From positions 1 to 64,000 of IMG/VR virus record IMGVR_UViG_3300024331_000231: a stretch of 64,000 nt of DNA. The stretch is one strand, 5' to 3'. Positions 7,027 through 16,023 of the stretch are shown here, one piece after another; the first letter of the stretch is position 1, and the number at the start of each line of letters is the position of its first letter. The stretch comes from a virus (lineage: Duplodnaviria > Caudoviricetes). Below the pieces are notes generated by a model that was given only the letters and a program-made list of their open reading frames with translations, had not been told where the DNA came from and did no database searches. Both the position numbers and the translations under genes were made by a program.

Positions 7027-7543
7027 TCTCGAAATCCCCAAAGAATTATCGCACCTCAAAATAGATCGTCGTGGCTATCCTATCCCTTACTTTATAACAC
7101 CGACAAAAATAGGCGATCCGGATTTCCGGTTCATCCATCCCGAAAGAGTGAAAATGATTGTCGATAGAAATGTGTGCTGGGTATGTGGTAAAAGGTTGAT
7201 TCGGGACTGCTTTTACTTCATTGGCGGACCTATGGGCTTAAAGAACCGAGTAACAACTGACGCGGCAATGCACCTGCTCTGCGCAGAATTCTCTCTGCGC
7301 GCTTGTCCGCAACTCTATCTCGAAAAGGCACAGTACAGGAAAAATGATGAGTTGGGCCAAATGCTCGACAAGGAGCAAATCAATCAATTTCACGTCAAGG
7401 ACAAACCCTCAGAACTGTTCTTGATAAAAGCTGATAAATTTAAACTCCATATAGAGGGCAAACAGATGTATATTCGATACAGACCTGTCTCCCAGGTTCG
7501 ATATGTATACGAAAATAATGTTCTCGTTAAAGCCGAAGCATGA
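7016..7543 (+). CDS. Conserved phage protein of unknown function (CWVCG...MHxxCA...CP family)
   Basis: YPIPYF..DPDFR, CWVCGKRL, IGGP, MHLLCAEFSLRACP; start placed at MAFNLEIPK. Confidence 0.6.
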   Translation: MAFNLEIPKELSHLKIDRRGYPIPYFITPTKIGDPDFRFIHPERVKMIVDRNVCWVCGKRLIRDCFYFIGGPMGLKNRVTTDAAMHLLCAEFSLRACPQLYLEKAQYRKNDELGQMLDKEQINQFHVKDKPSELFLIKADKFKLHIEGKQMYIRYRPVSQVRYVYENNVLVKAEA

Positions 7544-7719
7544 CCGAAGAAAAAAAACAAGCCCTGTCACTTATCGAGCAATTTGGTAAGACAGAGGCGC
7601 TATCCCACGTCATCTTTGTACTCTCCCCACGGTTCAATCTCACTAAACCACTGCTGGTCAAGTACTGGCTGCGTGTTCTCCATGAAATACGAGCCTCCGA
7701 GGGCGACCGCGAAATATAA
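7540..7719 (+). CDS. Small hypothetical protein (59 aa, not in ORF track)
   Basis: MTEEKKQALSLIEQFG...DREI*, ATGA overlap with the upstream stop. Confidence 0.5.
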   Translation: MTEEKKQALSLIEQFGKTEALSHVIFVLSPRFNLTKPLLVKYWLRVLHEIRASEGDREI

Positions 7720-7841
7720 GCATTATGTAATTAATAATCACAAGTTATCACCAATTGTTATTAATTTCTTTGCAGAATCGTCAATTTTTTTTGGGACTGG
7801 ATTAAGTTATCACTAATTTTATCCCGCTTAACAAAAAAAAA

Positions 7842-7872
7842 TTGGTTTCATGGCCGAAGTATATTATCTTTG
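7842..7872 (+). promoter_or_regulatory. Bacteroidota sigma-A type promoter for the replication operon
   Basis: TTGG(7842)-19 nt-TATCTTTG(7865), against consensus TTTG-N19-21-TAnnTTTG. Confidence 0.55.
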
Positions 7873-7992
7873 TAATCTCTTGGGACAATTACGTCCAAGT
7901 CTCCATAGGTCCAATTTTTTTTGTTGCCCTTAAGCAAGGCGTGCCCTGCGGCTAAAATCGCGGGGTTTTTTTATTGACCCTAATTCAATGTT

Positions 7993-9042
7993 ATGGCTGA
8001 TAAGGAAAAGGACCCGGCATTTTTATTCTATCCACTGGATTGGCTTCAAGGGACCGCAAGTCTGTTCCCGATCGAAAAGGGTGTTTACATCGATTTGTTG
8101 TGCCATCAACACCAAGATGGTTCGCTACCGAACGATCCCGAACGGTTGGCTCGAATGGTCGGACTGCCGGTTGACCAATTCGCGACCATTTGGTCAACCA
8201 TTCGGTGCAAATTCGTTGACCGACCCGGTAACCGATTGGTCAACCTCCGGCTGGAAAAAGAGACAACCAAGCGGTCAACCGGATCTCACAAGAACGCTAT
8301 CGTCGGGCGGTTAGCGGTCCTTGTTCGGACGACCAAAGGAGTTCCAAAGGTCATTATCGAATCTATTAAAAAAGAATTTAATATAGCTCATTATGAGCAT
8401 CTTAGTATAAAAGAGGCTACCGACCGCTTAACCGAATGGTGGACCGATCGGTTAACCAAATATTTAAATAATGGTATACCGATTCCTATTGAAAATGAAA
8501 ATGAAAATAAAGATAAGGATAGGTTAGAGGAAGAAGAAGGGGGTATGGGGGGGGGAGAAGGGGAAAGGGAAGGGGAACCGATGTTCTCCGGCGATCCACC
8601 GAACACCGGACCGCCTGACGCTTTTTGGCGGGAAGGTCCCCCATGGCCGGAACACGCATCGCAGCTTCCTGCCCAGATGGTCGAAATTTTTGTCGCCCAG
8701 TTTCCGGAGTATCCGAGACAGGACGGGAAGGATTTTTCTGCCTGTTTGGAAATCGCCTACCAGATTGCGGATCAGCACGGTTGGCCGCGACAATCCGTGC
8801 TTAACGGGCACCAGGAGGACGTGCTCGGCAAGTGGAAGGATATCGTCACATGGATGCCCGATTCGACCTGGTTCAAAACAAAACCAATTCCGTTCCTAAA
8901 TACTAATTATCAAGCTCTTATACAAGAAAAATCGTATGGAACCCCAAAAAAATTTACGCCCAATAAAGGATATTCTGGCAGGGGACCTACCAACGGGCTT
9001 AGTGCCACTTCCATCGAAATCCATGGAGCCGGAAATCTATGA
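7993..9042 (+). CDS. Replication initiator, DUF1376/YdaU-type N-terminus (lambda O-like)
   Basis: PAFLFYPLDWLQGT..EKGVYIDLLCHQHQDGSLP; followed by a DnaC-like gene; internal GGTYRACC repeats. Confidence 0.75.
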   Translation: MADKEKDPAFLFYPLDWLQGTASLFPIEKGVYIDLLCHQHQDGSLPNDPERLARMVGLPVDQFATIWSTIRCKFVDRPGNRLVNLRLEKETTKRSTGSHKNAIVGRLAVLVRTTKGVPKVIIESIKKEFNIAHYEHLSIKEATDRLTEWWTDRLTKYLNNGIPIPIENENENKDKDRLEEEEGGMGGGEGEREGEPMFSGDPPNTGPPDAFWREGPPWPEHASQLPAQMVEIFVAQFPEYPRQDGKDFSACLEIAYQIADQHGWPRQSVLNGHQEDVLGKWKDIVTWMPDSTWFKTKPIPFLNTNYQALIQEKSYGTPKKFTPNKGYSGRGPTNGLSATSIEIHGAGNL

Positions 9043-9844
9043 TTCTGTGCAACTTAGCCCCGAAGAAACTGCCGCAGCATTGCGAGATGCCCGCGAAAAA
9101 AAATATTACCGTCAGCAGGAGATAGAACGGGAAGCGCGATCTGCAGAACTCCGTCGTATGCTGACAGAGCGCTGGAGCTACGAAAAAACCCGGGATTGGA
9201 TTGAATCCCGCAAGCAACAGGTATTTCCGGACGAAACGATTGAATTTCATGACGCTATGACCAGCGACGGCAAGCAAATCAGCAATGCCGGTAGTGTGTT
9301 TACTTTGCTCTGTTACTACTTTTCGGCCGATCCCCGTTTTATCCTGCTGGCAAGTGAACTCGGAATCAAGAACCCAGAACTACGGAAAGGGCTCTTGATT
9401 GCTGGACGGATCGGATGCGGAAAAACTAGTTTAATGCGCCTTTTTCAGCGCAATCAGCGGCAAGTGTTCATGATTCAAAGCGCCAAGGAAATCGCATGGA
9501 ATTGGCGGCAAGCAGGAGAAAATGCAGGCTTGTACATGGAAAGGATGACAAATGTGCATATGCTCCCCGTAAACGATATGCAGAATTTCTACCACCGTAT
9601 TGCCGGCTTATGCGTAGATGACGTAGGAACTGAAGATGTACAATTGAGTTTCGGCAACAGGGCCAGTGTCATTGGCGATCTTATCGAAGGGCGCTATTTT
9701 AATCGCTGTATGGGCGTATTATTTCATATGACAACCAATTTGACCATGAAGGATGTCAAGGACTTTTATGGGGACAGAGTAGCCAGCCGCCTGCGGGAAA
9801 CAATGAACGTCATTGAATACAAAGGGGAAGACAGGAGAAAATAA
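8936..9844 (+). CDS. DnaC/IstB-like AAA+ helicase loader
   Basis: Walker A GRIGCGKT, Walker B LCVDDVGTE, HMTTNL..YGDRVASRL. Confidence 0.85.
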   Translation: MEPQKNLRPIKDILAGDLPTGLVPLPSKSMEPEIYDSVQLSPEETAAALRDAREKKYYRQQEIEREARSAELRRMLTERWSYEKTRDWIESRKQQVFPDETIEFHDAMTSDGKQISNAGSVFTLLCYYFSADPRFILLASELGIKNPELRKGLLIAGRIGCGKTSLMRLFQRNQRQVFMIQSAKEIAWNWRQAGENAGLYMERMTNVHMLPVNDMQNFYHRIAGLCVDDVGTEDVQLSFGNRASVIGDLIEGRYFNRCMGVLFHMTTNLTMKDVKDFYGDRVASRLRETMNVIEYKGEDRRK

Positions 9845-9857
9845 AACTAGTTTTTCA

Positions 9858-10169
9858 ATGAAAACCCTCGGCGGAGAATTTTACGAACTAGCCCGACACC
9901 AGTTCAATCTCATGATGTCCAACAAATTCAATTACTGTGAAATTCTGGTTAACTGCTATTGCCCCCGTCATTTCCTCGTCATGGCCTATGAAAGACTCGT
10001 CAGATTGCGCAAAATCGGCGCTGTGGAAGATATGTACCAGCAGGACAAAGAATCCGCATGGGAAATGGCCAAAGATATAGCAAAAGGGAGACTGCGCAAA
10101 GAGCAGCTGATCGAACTGGTAAAAGCAATGCTGGCGATCGAATACTTTTTGAATGTGCAAACAAACTAG
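9858..10169 (+). CDS. Hypothetical protein
   Basis: Start placed at MKTLGG. Confidence 0.6.
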   Translation: MKTLGGEFYELARHQFNLMMSNKFNYCEILVNCYCPRHFLVMAYERLVRLRKIGAVEDMYQQDKESAWEMAKDIAKGRLRKEQLIELVKAMLAIEYFLNVQTN

Positions 10170-10175
10170 TTTTTT

Positions 10176-10436
10176 ATGCCCAGGTATCTGAGCTTCGAAG
10201 ACCACGAAGAAATAAAAAAACTACGCGACAGAGGATGGAAGATGAAGGATTTGGCAACGCGCTTCGGGATCAGCGAAGCGAGCGTTTCCAATATCGTTCG
10301 GGGAATAACCTTACCCCGAAAACCGCCTAAGCCCAAAAAAGAGGAATCCAAGAGAGAGGAAGAGTACGTGGATTTTAGCCGGCTTCCGAAGTCTGTCCTG
10401 TTCCAGCACGTAAAAGAATGTAATTTCATAGGTTGA
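10176..10436 (+). CDS. HTH DNA-binding protein
   Basis: IKKLRDRGWKMKDLATRFGISEASVSNIVRG. Confidence 0.75.
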   Translation: MPRYLSFEDHEEIKKLRDRGWKMKDLATRFGISEASVSNIVRGITLPRKPPKPKKEESKREEEYVDFSRLPKSVLFQHVKECNFIG

Positions 10437-10477
10437 TACTTAATTCGAGACTTTTTTCATAACATAAAAAAACATCC

Positions 10478-10747
10478 TTGAACAATGAACAAATGGTTGC
10501 AGGTCTGGCCACCATCCGGGAAGCAACTGGTAACCCTCCGGACATGGCACCGACCCCGCTGCCGCCCGCACCTGCAATTGCTAGACCCATCACCATTCAG
10601 TCGGCCAATCACGGCTTCTTCGTAAGCGTTGGATGCCAAAGCTTCGCTGTTGAAAGCCTCGACGCCCTACTCCATCGCCTCGGGACTTACCTCCGAAATC
10701 CTTCGGAAATTGAGCATAAATGGCTCGCAGGCGAATGGAAGTTCTAA
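10478..10747 (+). CDS. Hypothetical protein
   Basis: 89-aa ORF. Confidence 0.55.
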   Translation: MNNEQMVAGLATIREATGNPPDMAPTPLPPAPAIARPITIQSANHGFFVSVGCQSFAVESLDALLHRLGTYLRNPSEIEHKWLAGEWKF

Positions 10748-10841
10748 ACCTGTTCAAAGCATCGGCCCCGACACCGGCCCACGCCGATCGCTTTTTGGCA
10801 CATTGTTGGAACCTTTAATACTACCCTAAACTACTTTTAAC

Positions 10842-11357
10842 ATGAAATCATTCGTTTTAATTGCCCTTCTGTCCCTTTATGGGACTAAACCTTCCGATCC
10901 CGGGATCACCTACCGACCTTTGACCTGGGAAGATTTCAAAGGAAGTGCTACTGGAACCCCTTCCCGGATAGCCGCCGAAACCAACTGCGAAATTGATTTT
11001 GAGTGGACGGACTCTGCGGGCATATTCAATTTCGACGTTAAAGCCTATTTCCTGCCCCATACGTCCTTTGTTCGGGTCAAAAGCGACCAAGGGCTTCGGC
11101 ATGAACAATGCCACTTCCAAATCGCCTATATTGCGGCCCTACGATGTATGTCGGCGTTAGCTTCGCTCCAAGGAAGAAATGAAGCAGCCAAAGTAAAGGC
11201 GGAAAACATTTACAAAAGGTTTGTATCTTCATGGAAACAGCAAAACATTTTGTTTGACAACGATTCGCAGCACGGGCTAAACTCCGACCAGGAAGAGCAA
11301 TGGGAAACGCGCATGTCCTATGAACTCGAACAACTCTTAACCAATGGCCGAAACTAG
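10842..11357 (+). CDS. DUF922-family secreted Zn-dependent protease-like protein
   Basis: Signal peptide, LTWEDFKG, HEQCHF (HExxH). Confidence 0.7.
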   Translation: MKSFVLIALLSLYGTKPSDPGITYRPLTWEDFKGSATGTPSRIAAETNCEIDFEWTDSAGIFNFDVKAYFLPHTSFVRVKSDQGLRHEQCHFQIAYIAALRCMSALASLQGRNEAAKVKAENIYKRFVSSWKQQNILFDNDSQHGLNSDQEEQWETRMSYELEQLLTNGRN

Positions 11358-11748
11358 CAAGATACCCAAATCAGTCGTTCTTTACATCCATAAAACAGGC
11401 ACCCAATACAAGTGCAAAGATTGCATATTTGCCAAAAACCAGGGCAACAATTGCGCGATCTACGGATCTGGAGTTTCCATTCGTCCATATGGAACCTGTG
11501 CAGAATGGATCAAAAAGAAAGGCAATATCGAGATACCTTACATCGGAGGCTACACTAAGGAAAATACCGGCTACGTGGAGAATCTGGATGGTTACAGCTG
11601 CGGTCGTTGCGACGAATTCCTTCCCGACCAAAGGGACTGCAAAAAAGTGGACAAAGATTCTCCGGGAGATGACCCTGGGGAGGTGCTGAGCGCGGCCTGT
11701 TGCAATCGCTGGGAATTGAGAAAACAACCTGAAACAACGGAGTCATGA
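11344..11748 (+). CDS. Cys-rich protein with two HiPIP-like repeats
   Basis: CKDC-x9-C-x14-CAEW and CGRC-x9-C-x20-CNRW. Confidence 0.55.
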   Translation: MAETSKIPKSVVLYIHKTGTQYKCKDCIFAKNQGNNCAIYGSGVSIRPYGTCAEWIKKKGNIEIPYIGGYTKENTGYVENLDGYSCGRCDEFLPDQRDCKKVDKDSPGDDPGEVLSAACCNRWELRKQPETTES

Positions 11749-12113
11749 CGAGAAAAACCATCATGGACAACATACGCCGACTGGCTGCCTTTTATTGTTT
11801 GCCAGAGAGCTTTACTGACGAAAAGGAGATTATACGGCCTGATGTGGATGAAGTGACGCTTTTGTTTCGGGAGTACGGTCGTCTTTTGGATATTAACGGA
11901 GCGCCACGTACCGGATTGTCAATGATCTTTGTTCCAGAGAGTGAATATGACGAAGTTTTAAAGTGGGCAAAGAATGCAGGGAAAAATATAATCTACGAAA
12001 ATGATGGCAGACCAATAGTCGTGGAAGGTCACGAGCCTATTGTGACCGCAAGAGCTTTCGGATTTATCGATAATGTCGGCTATATGTGGGATGTGAAAAT
12101 AAAATCAGCCTAA
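11745..12113 (+). CDS. Hypothetical protein
   Basis: 122-aa ORF with ATGA overlap. Confidence 0.55.
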   Translation: MTRKTIMDNIRRLAAFYCLPESFTDEKEIIRPDVDEVTLLFREYGRLLDINGAPRTGLSMIFVPESEYDEVLKWAKNAGKNIIYENDGRPIVVEGHEPIVTARAFGFIDNVGYMWDVKIKSA

Positions 12114-12137
12114 CGAGGGAAAATCAAATCAAATAAT

Positions 12138-12488
12138 ATGCTTTCAGAAGAACAGATGCTAGAGCAAGCCTACGCTAAAGTATACGGTCGGAAATTGGAA
12201 AATGATTTCGAAAGAAAGGGACCGCTTTTGAAACTTGTGAAAGAATATACAACAATAGGTTTGCTTGAGCAGATGAATGATACCTCTGCTTGTTTTTACA
12301 CAGAGAGAGCTCCCGAAAAGGCGAAAGAACTAGCTTTAGATGCTGCTTTGAAAATTTACGCTGTTACACCGATGGGAATATCGTTCGATGGTAAAAACAA
12401 AACACAAACTGTCGTGGTAGAGATGGCGGAGGAAATCTATCAATGGCTTATCTCTGATAAAAAAGTGTCGAATGAAAATATATCTTGA
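12138..12488 (+). CDS. Hypothetical protein
   Basis: 116-aa ORF. Confidence 0.55.
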   Translation: MLSEEQMLEQAYAKVYGRKLENDFERKGPLLKLVKEYTTIGLLEQMNDTSACFYTERAPEKAKELALDAALKIYAVTPMGISFDGKNKTQTVVVEMAEEIYQWLISDKKVSNENIS

Positions 12489-12813
12489 GTGCCTTATCGT
12501 AGAAGAGGGCAAAGCCCACCGTTTTCGATTCTTGGTTCAAGAGATTCCTGCCAATCAGTTTGACGCAACCGAACACTGGTCAGTGAATTTTGATTGGATG
12601 GATATGGAGAAAGAAGTAGTTGAAGGAAGCTGGGAAAAAGGGTATCTCAATTATGCTGTAATCAACTGTGTAAGAGTTTGGAAAACCGCAGAATTTACCC
12701 CGGAGGAAAGAGAGTTCCTGATAAAAGAAGGTAAGATTGGCACTTTAACAGATTTACCGAAAAAAACCGAAGTAACGTATGACGGAAATAAACCGAATGG
12801 GAGTAGCCTATAG
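12472..12813 (+). CDS. Hypothetical protein
   Basis: 113-aa ORF overlapping both neighbours. Confidence 0.55.
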   Translation: MKIYLECLIVEEGKAHRFRFLVQEIPANQFDATEHWSVNFDWMDMEKEVVEGSWEKGYLNYAVINCVRVWKTAEFTPEEREFLIKEGKIGTLTDLPKKTEVTYDGNKPNGSSL

Positions 12814-14188
12814 GCAATTGCCCAATGGAACGCTTGTTTGCGGCCCCCTGGATCAATCGGCCAAGGTCGGAGGAACGAACGAGCAGGAACGTAACGCCGT
12901 TCACAATCCCGAACGTCTGCAGCGTATTCGTGATTTTTATCCCAATCCGAAGGTCTTGGACTATGGATGTGGATCAGGACTGCTGGTACGGTATCTTCGC
13001 AAAAACGGAATTGACGCTTTAGGCTATGACAAATATGCCAGCAGCAGCGACAGTATTCTCGGATATCAGGACAAACATCCAGTAGATTTGGACGTCATTA
13101 CCATGATCGAGGTAGTCGAGCATTTAGACGATCCATATATCGAATTCGACGCAGCTTTCGAAATGCTCAAACCCGGTGGAGTGCTGATGATAGAAACTAG
13201 TTTTTCGGACTGGATGGGACCGGACTACAACGATCCATATATCAATCCGGCCATCGGGCATTCTACCATCTTCAGCCATGCCGGACTCGATGAAGTGATG
13301 CTCTCCAAAGGCTTTGAGGTATATGGGCATATCAACCGGAATGTCCGCTGCTACCAGAAGCCGGAGCCAAAAGAGGGCCCAAAAATTAGTTTAATTACCA
13401 TGGGGCAGGCCAACCCGGTAGCTTTGAAACGCACGATGGACAGTTTTAAGGATGTCGTTGATGAAATTGTCTTTGGTGATTTCCTGATCTTCGAATCCGA
13501 CCGCGCGATCATACAATCTTACAAAGCAGACTATAACCTCAAAATAGTCCGTGCGCCGTTCAATTTTATTTTCGAGGAAGGGTTTTCAGAGACCTTGAAT
13601 ATGCTGGCGACGCATGCAAAGAACGACTGGATTCTTTACATGAACGTATCGGAAGTGCTGGACGGAGACCACCCTATTGGGGAGCAGATGAGCAATTTGT
13701 ACAACTGCTATTCATTCGATCATCACGAAGAGACGCACCGCTGGTTCAGGTTGTACAACAAAAAGGAGGTCAAGTGGGGAGGACTGATCCATGAGGAAGT
13801 TATACCGATTGACTCGTCGGGTTATTTACGGCCTTGTCCCTTTAATGTGTTCAGGATGAAGGACACGTTAAAGGACGGTGACGATCCTTTGAAAGAAAAA
13901 GCAAGCAACGATGTGAAAGAGATGGTCTACTGGAATCAATTGGTAAAACTCGTTGACAATCCTGAATTAAGGGCTAATACGCATCCGAACTGGATAGAAT
14001 ATGCCAAGGAGCAATATGATTACAATAACGAGCGCATGAAAATGAAGGGAAAACGCTATGAGGCCATGAAGAAAGGAGACCTGCAGATGTACCTTGACGA
14101 TATTTATCACAATCCGGATTTTGAGAAAGAAAGATTCCTTTCCAGTAAAAACATAAATTTCCAGGGCGATGGGCTGCTACTCGGTTAA
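12779..14188 (+). CDS. Class I SAM methyltransferase fused to a GT2-like glycosyltransferase
   Basis: VLDYGCGSG and ITMIEVVEHL (MTase); ISLITMG..VDEIVFGD..NDWILYMN..WGGLIHE (GT-A fold). Confidence 0.75.
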   Translation: MTEINRMGVAYRQLPNGTLVCGPLDQSAKVGGTNEQERNAVHNPERLQRIRDFYPNPKVLDYGCGSGLLVRYLRKNGIDALGYDKYASSSDSILGYQDKHPVDLDVITMIEVVEHLDDPYIEFDAAFEMLKPGGVLMIETSFSDWMGPDYNDPYINPAIGHSTIFSHAGLDEVMLSKGFEVYGHINRNVRCYQKPEPKEGPKISLITMGQANPVALKRTMDSFKDVVDEIVFGDFLIFESDRAIIQSYKADYNLKIVRAPFNFIFEEGFSETLNMLATHAKNDWILYMNVSEVLDGDHPIGEQMSNLYNCYSFDHHEETHRWFRLYNKKEVKWGGLIHEEVIPIDSSGYLRPCPFNVFRMKDTLKDGDDPLKEKASNDVKEMVYWNQLVKLVDNPELRANTHPNWIEYAKEQYDYNNERMKMKGKRYEAMKKGDLQMYLDDIYHNPDFEKERFLSSKNINFQGDGLLLG

Positions 14189-14990
14189 AATGATCAACGA
14201 GGCCAGTAAAAAAGGAATTCCTAATCCGCTTAACGCCAAGCACTATCTTAGCACTCATCCTGCTTACAGGATTTGGGCCGGTATCAAAAAAAGGTGTTAT
14301 AATTCTAATGACCCAACATATGCAGATTATGGGGCTCTTGGAGTTATTATGTGCCCGGAATGGAAAGACAATCCAGAGGCATTTATCCTATGGGCTTTGA
14401 AGAATGGCTGGGAAAAAGGTCTACAAATTGACAAGGACATTATAGCAGCAAAAATCGGTATTCCACCTCTCCTTTATTCGCCTGAAACATGCCTTGTCGT
14501 CACTCGAAAAGAAAATTGTAATCAAAGGCGGAATAGCCGAATGATTGAATATGGGGGAGAGAAGAAGACTTTAACGCAATGGAGCGAAATTTTGGGCATA
14601 AAACATACCACCCTTACCATGCGCTTGAAGGAATACGGATACTCAGTCGAGAGAGCTTTTTCAGAAGCGGTTGCGTTTAACAAACCAAATGCCGAGCCCA
14701 AAAACCAAAGATTTATTACTCGCGGCGGCGTCACGAAAAATTTGAAGCAGTGGTGCGAATATTACGGGACCAGCGTCGCCACTTTTCGGTCCAGAATGAA
14801 ATACGGATGTTCCTTTGAAGAAGCTTTAACCGGAAAAAATCAAAGAGAAAGAATTCCTGAAGATGCAAAACAAAATGTACGTCTTTTGCATAAATCTGGT
14901 TACAATCAACTCCAAATATCGAAAACCCTCAATCTATCTAGAACATCTGTAGGTAGAATTGTTAAATCGATAAAAAACAAAAATGGCTAA
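14169..14990 (+). CDS. HNH-type homing endonuclease with C-terminal HTH repeats
   Basis: YRIWAGIKKRC..YG..GV..CPEW..AF..WA..NG..LQIDKD..YSPETC..EN..R; TLTQWSEILG repeats. Confidence 0.75.
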   Translation: MGCYSVKMINEASKKGIPNPLNAKHYLSTHPAYRIWAGIKKRCYNSNDPTYADYGALGVIMCPEWKDNPEAFILWALKNGWEKGLQIDKDIIAAKIGIPPLLYSPETCLVVTRKENCNQRRNSRMIEYGGEKKTLTQWSEILGIKHTTLTMRLKEYGYSVERAFSEAVAFNKPNAEPKNQRFITRGGVTKNLKQWCEYYGTSVATFRSRMKYGCSFEEALTGKNQRERIPEDAKQNVRLLHKSGYNQLQISKTLNLSRTSVGRIVKSIKNKNG

Positions 14991-16023
14991 AATTTCTATA
15001 ATACTGCCTCATTATAAAACATGGAAGATGAGTTTCTACACCATCCACCAGCTTCTGAAATGCCGGGGCCGTCATCAACTTGACATCTACGTTATAGACA
15101 ACCATCCGCAAGATGGAAGCGGGCAAAAGCTAAAGGACTTTTTCGAGGATAAGATTAGGCTCTTCCCCTACCCTACCGACAAAATGCAATCACATGGGAT
15201 CGCCTATGACCATATAGTTCCGCATTTGCGGACAGAACTTTTTGTCACCATAGAGAGCGATTCGTTTCCCCAAACGGGACACGAAAATTGGCTGGACTGG
15301 TATGAAACGCTTTCTAAACAAGGTTACGACAGCGCGGGTTCTCTAATGTGGCTTTCCGGTGGTCAGTTTGTCCATACTGCAGGTGCTTTCTACAAGAAAA
15401 GTGTTTGGCAGCAGGCGAAGCGCTATATCGACAATATCGAGTACTCCTACGTACCGAATGTCGCGATGAAAGACGGCTTCCCTTGCCATTTGATGGTGCA
15501 TGATAGCGTCTTGGAACAATTCATCTCCGGGGCTGGCGATCTTGTCGAACTGTCGCCGGAGTATAGGCAGTTTTCAGGCGAAGAATTGTCGAACCACATT
15601 GGAAAGAAAATAGCGGAATATTCGCCGATTGGTCGCGGCGTTTTCCACAACGGGATCGGTAACAGAGACGAGTCCTACCTCACCTACGCGCAGCGCAACC
15701 ACGTAGAGGAAAGAAAAAATCTTTTGCTTGACAATAGCAAGCCCTTAATATGGCGGATGGGGTATGAACCGGGTCAATTTTTCTTTTACTGGATGCTGGC
15801 TAATGGACACCACATTTATGAGATACCAACTGAAGTAAAATGGATGCCGGGGCGCGAAAACCAGCAGCAGGAAAGAACAATGATGGAGAACGGCTTTACC
15901 CACCTTTGGGCAGTGACCGCCTATCATGGGGCTACGGACCCGGCGCTCATGGATATCATCCAGCACAAAAGTAATGTCATGGAAGAATTATATGACTCAA
16001 TCCCTGCAAAAGAACGAATATGA
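14983..16023 (+). CDS. Glycosyltransferase family 2-like
   Basis: ISIILPHY..IYVIDN..DGS..VTIESDSFP (DxD-like). Confidence 0.7.
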   Translation: MAKISIILPHYKTWKMSFYTIHQLLKCRGRHQLDIYVIDNHPQDGSGQKLKDFFEDKIRLFPYPTDKMQSHGIAYDHIVPHLRTELFVTIESDSFPQTGHENWLDWYETLSKQGYDSAGSLMWLSGGQFVHTAGAFYKKSVWQQAKRYIDNIEYSYVPNVAMKDGFPCHLMVHDSVLEQFISGAGDLVELSPEYRQFSGEELSNHIGKKIAEYSPIGRGVFHNGIGNRDESYLTYAQRNHVEERKNLLLDNSKPLIWRMGYEPGQFFFYWMLANGHHIYEIPTEVKWMPGRENQQQERTMMENGFTHLWAVTAYHGATDPALMDIIQHKSNVMEELYDSIPAKERI

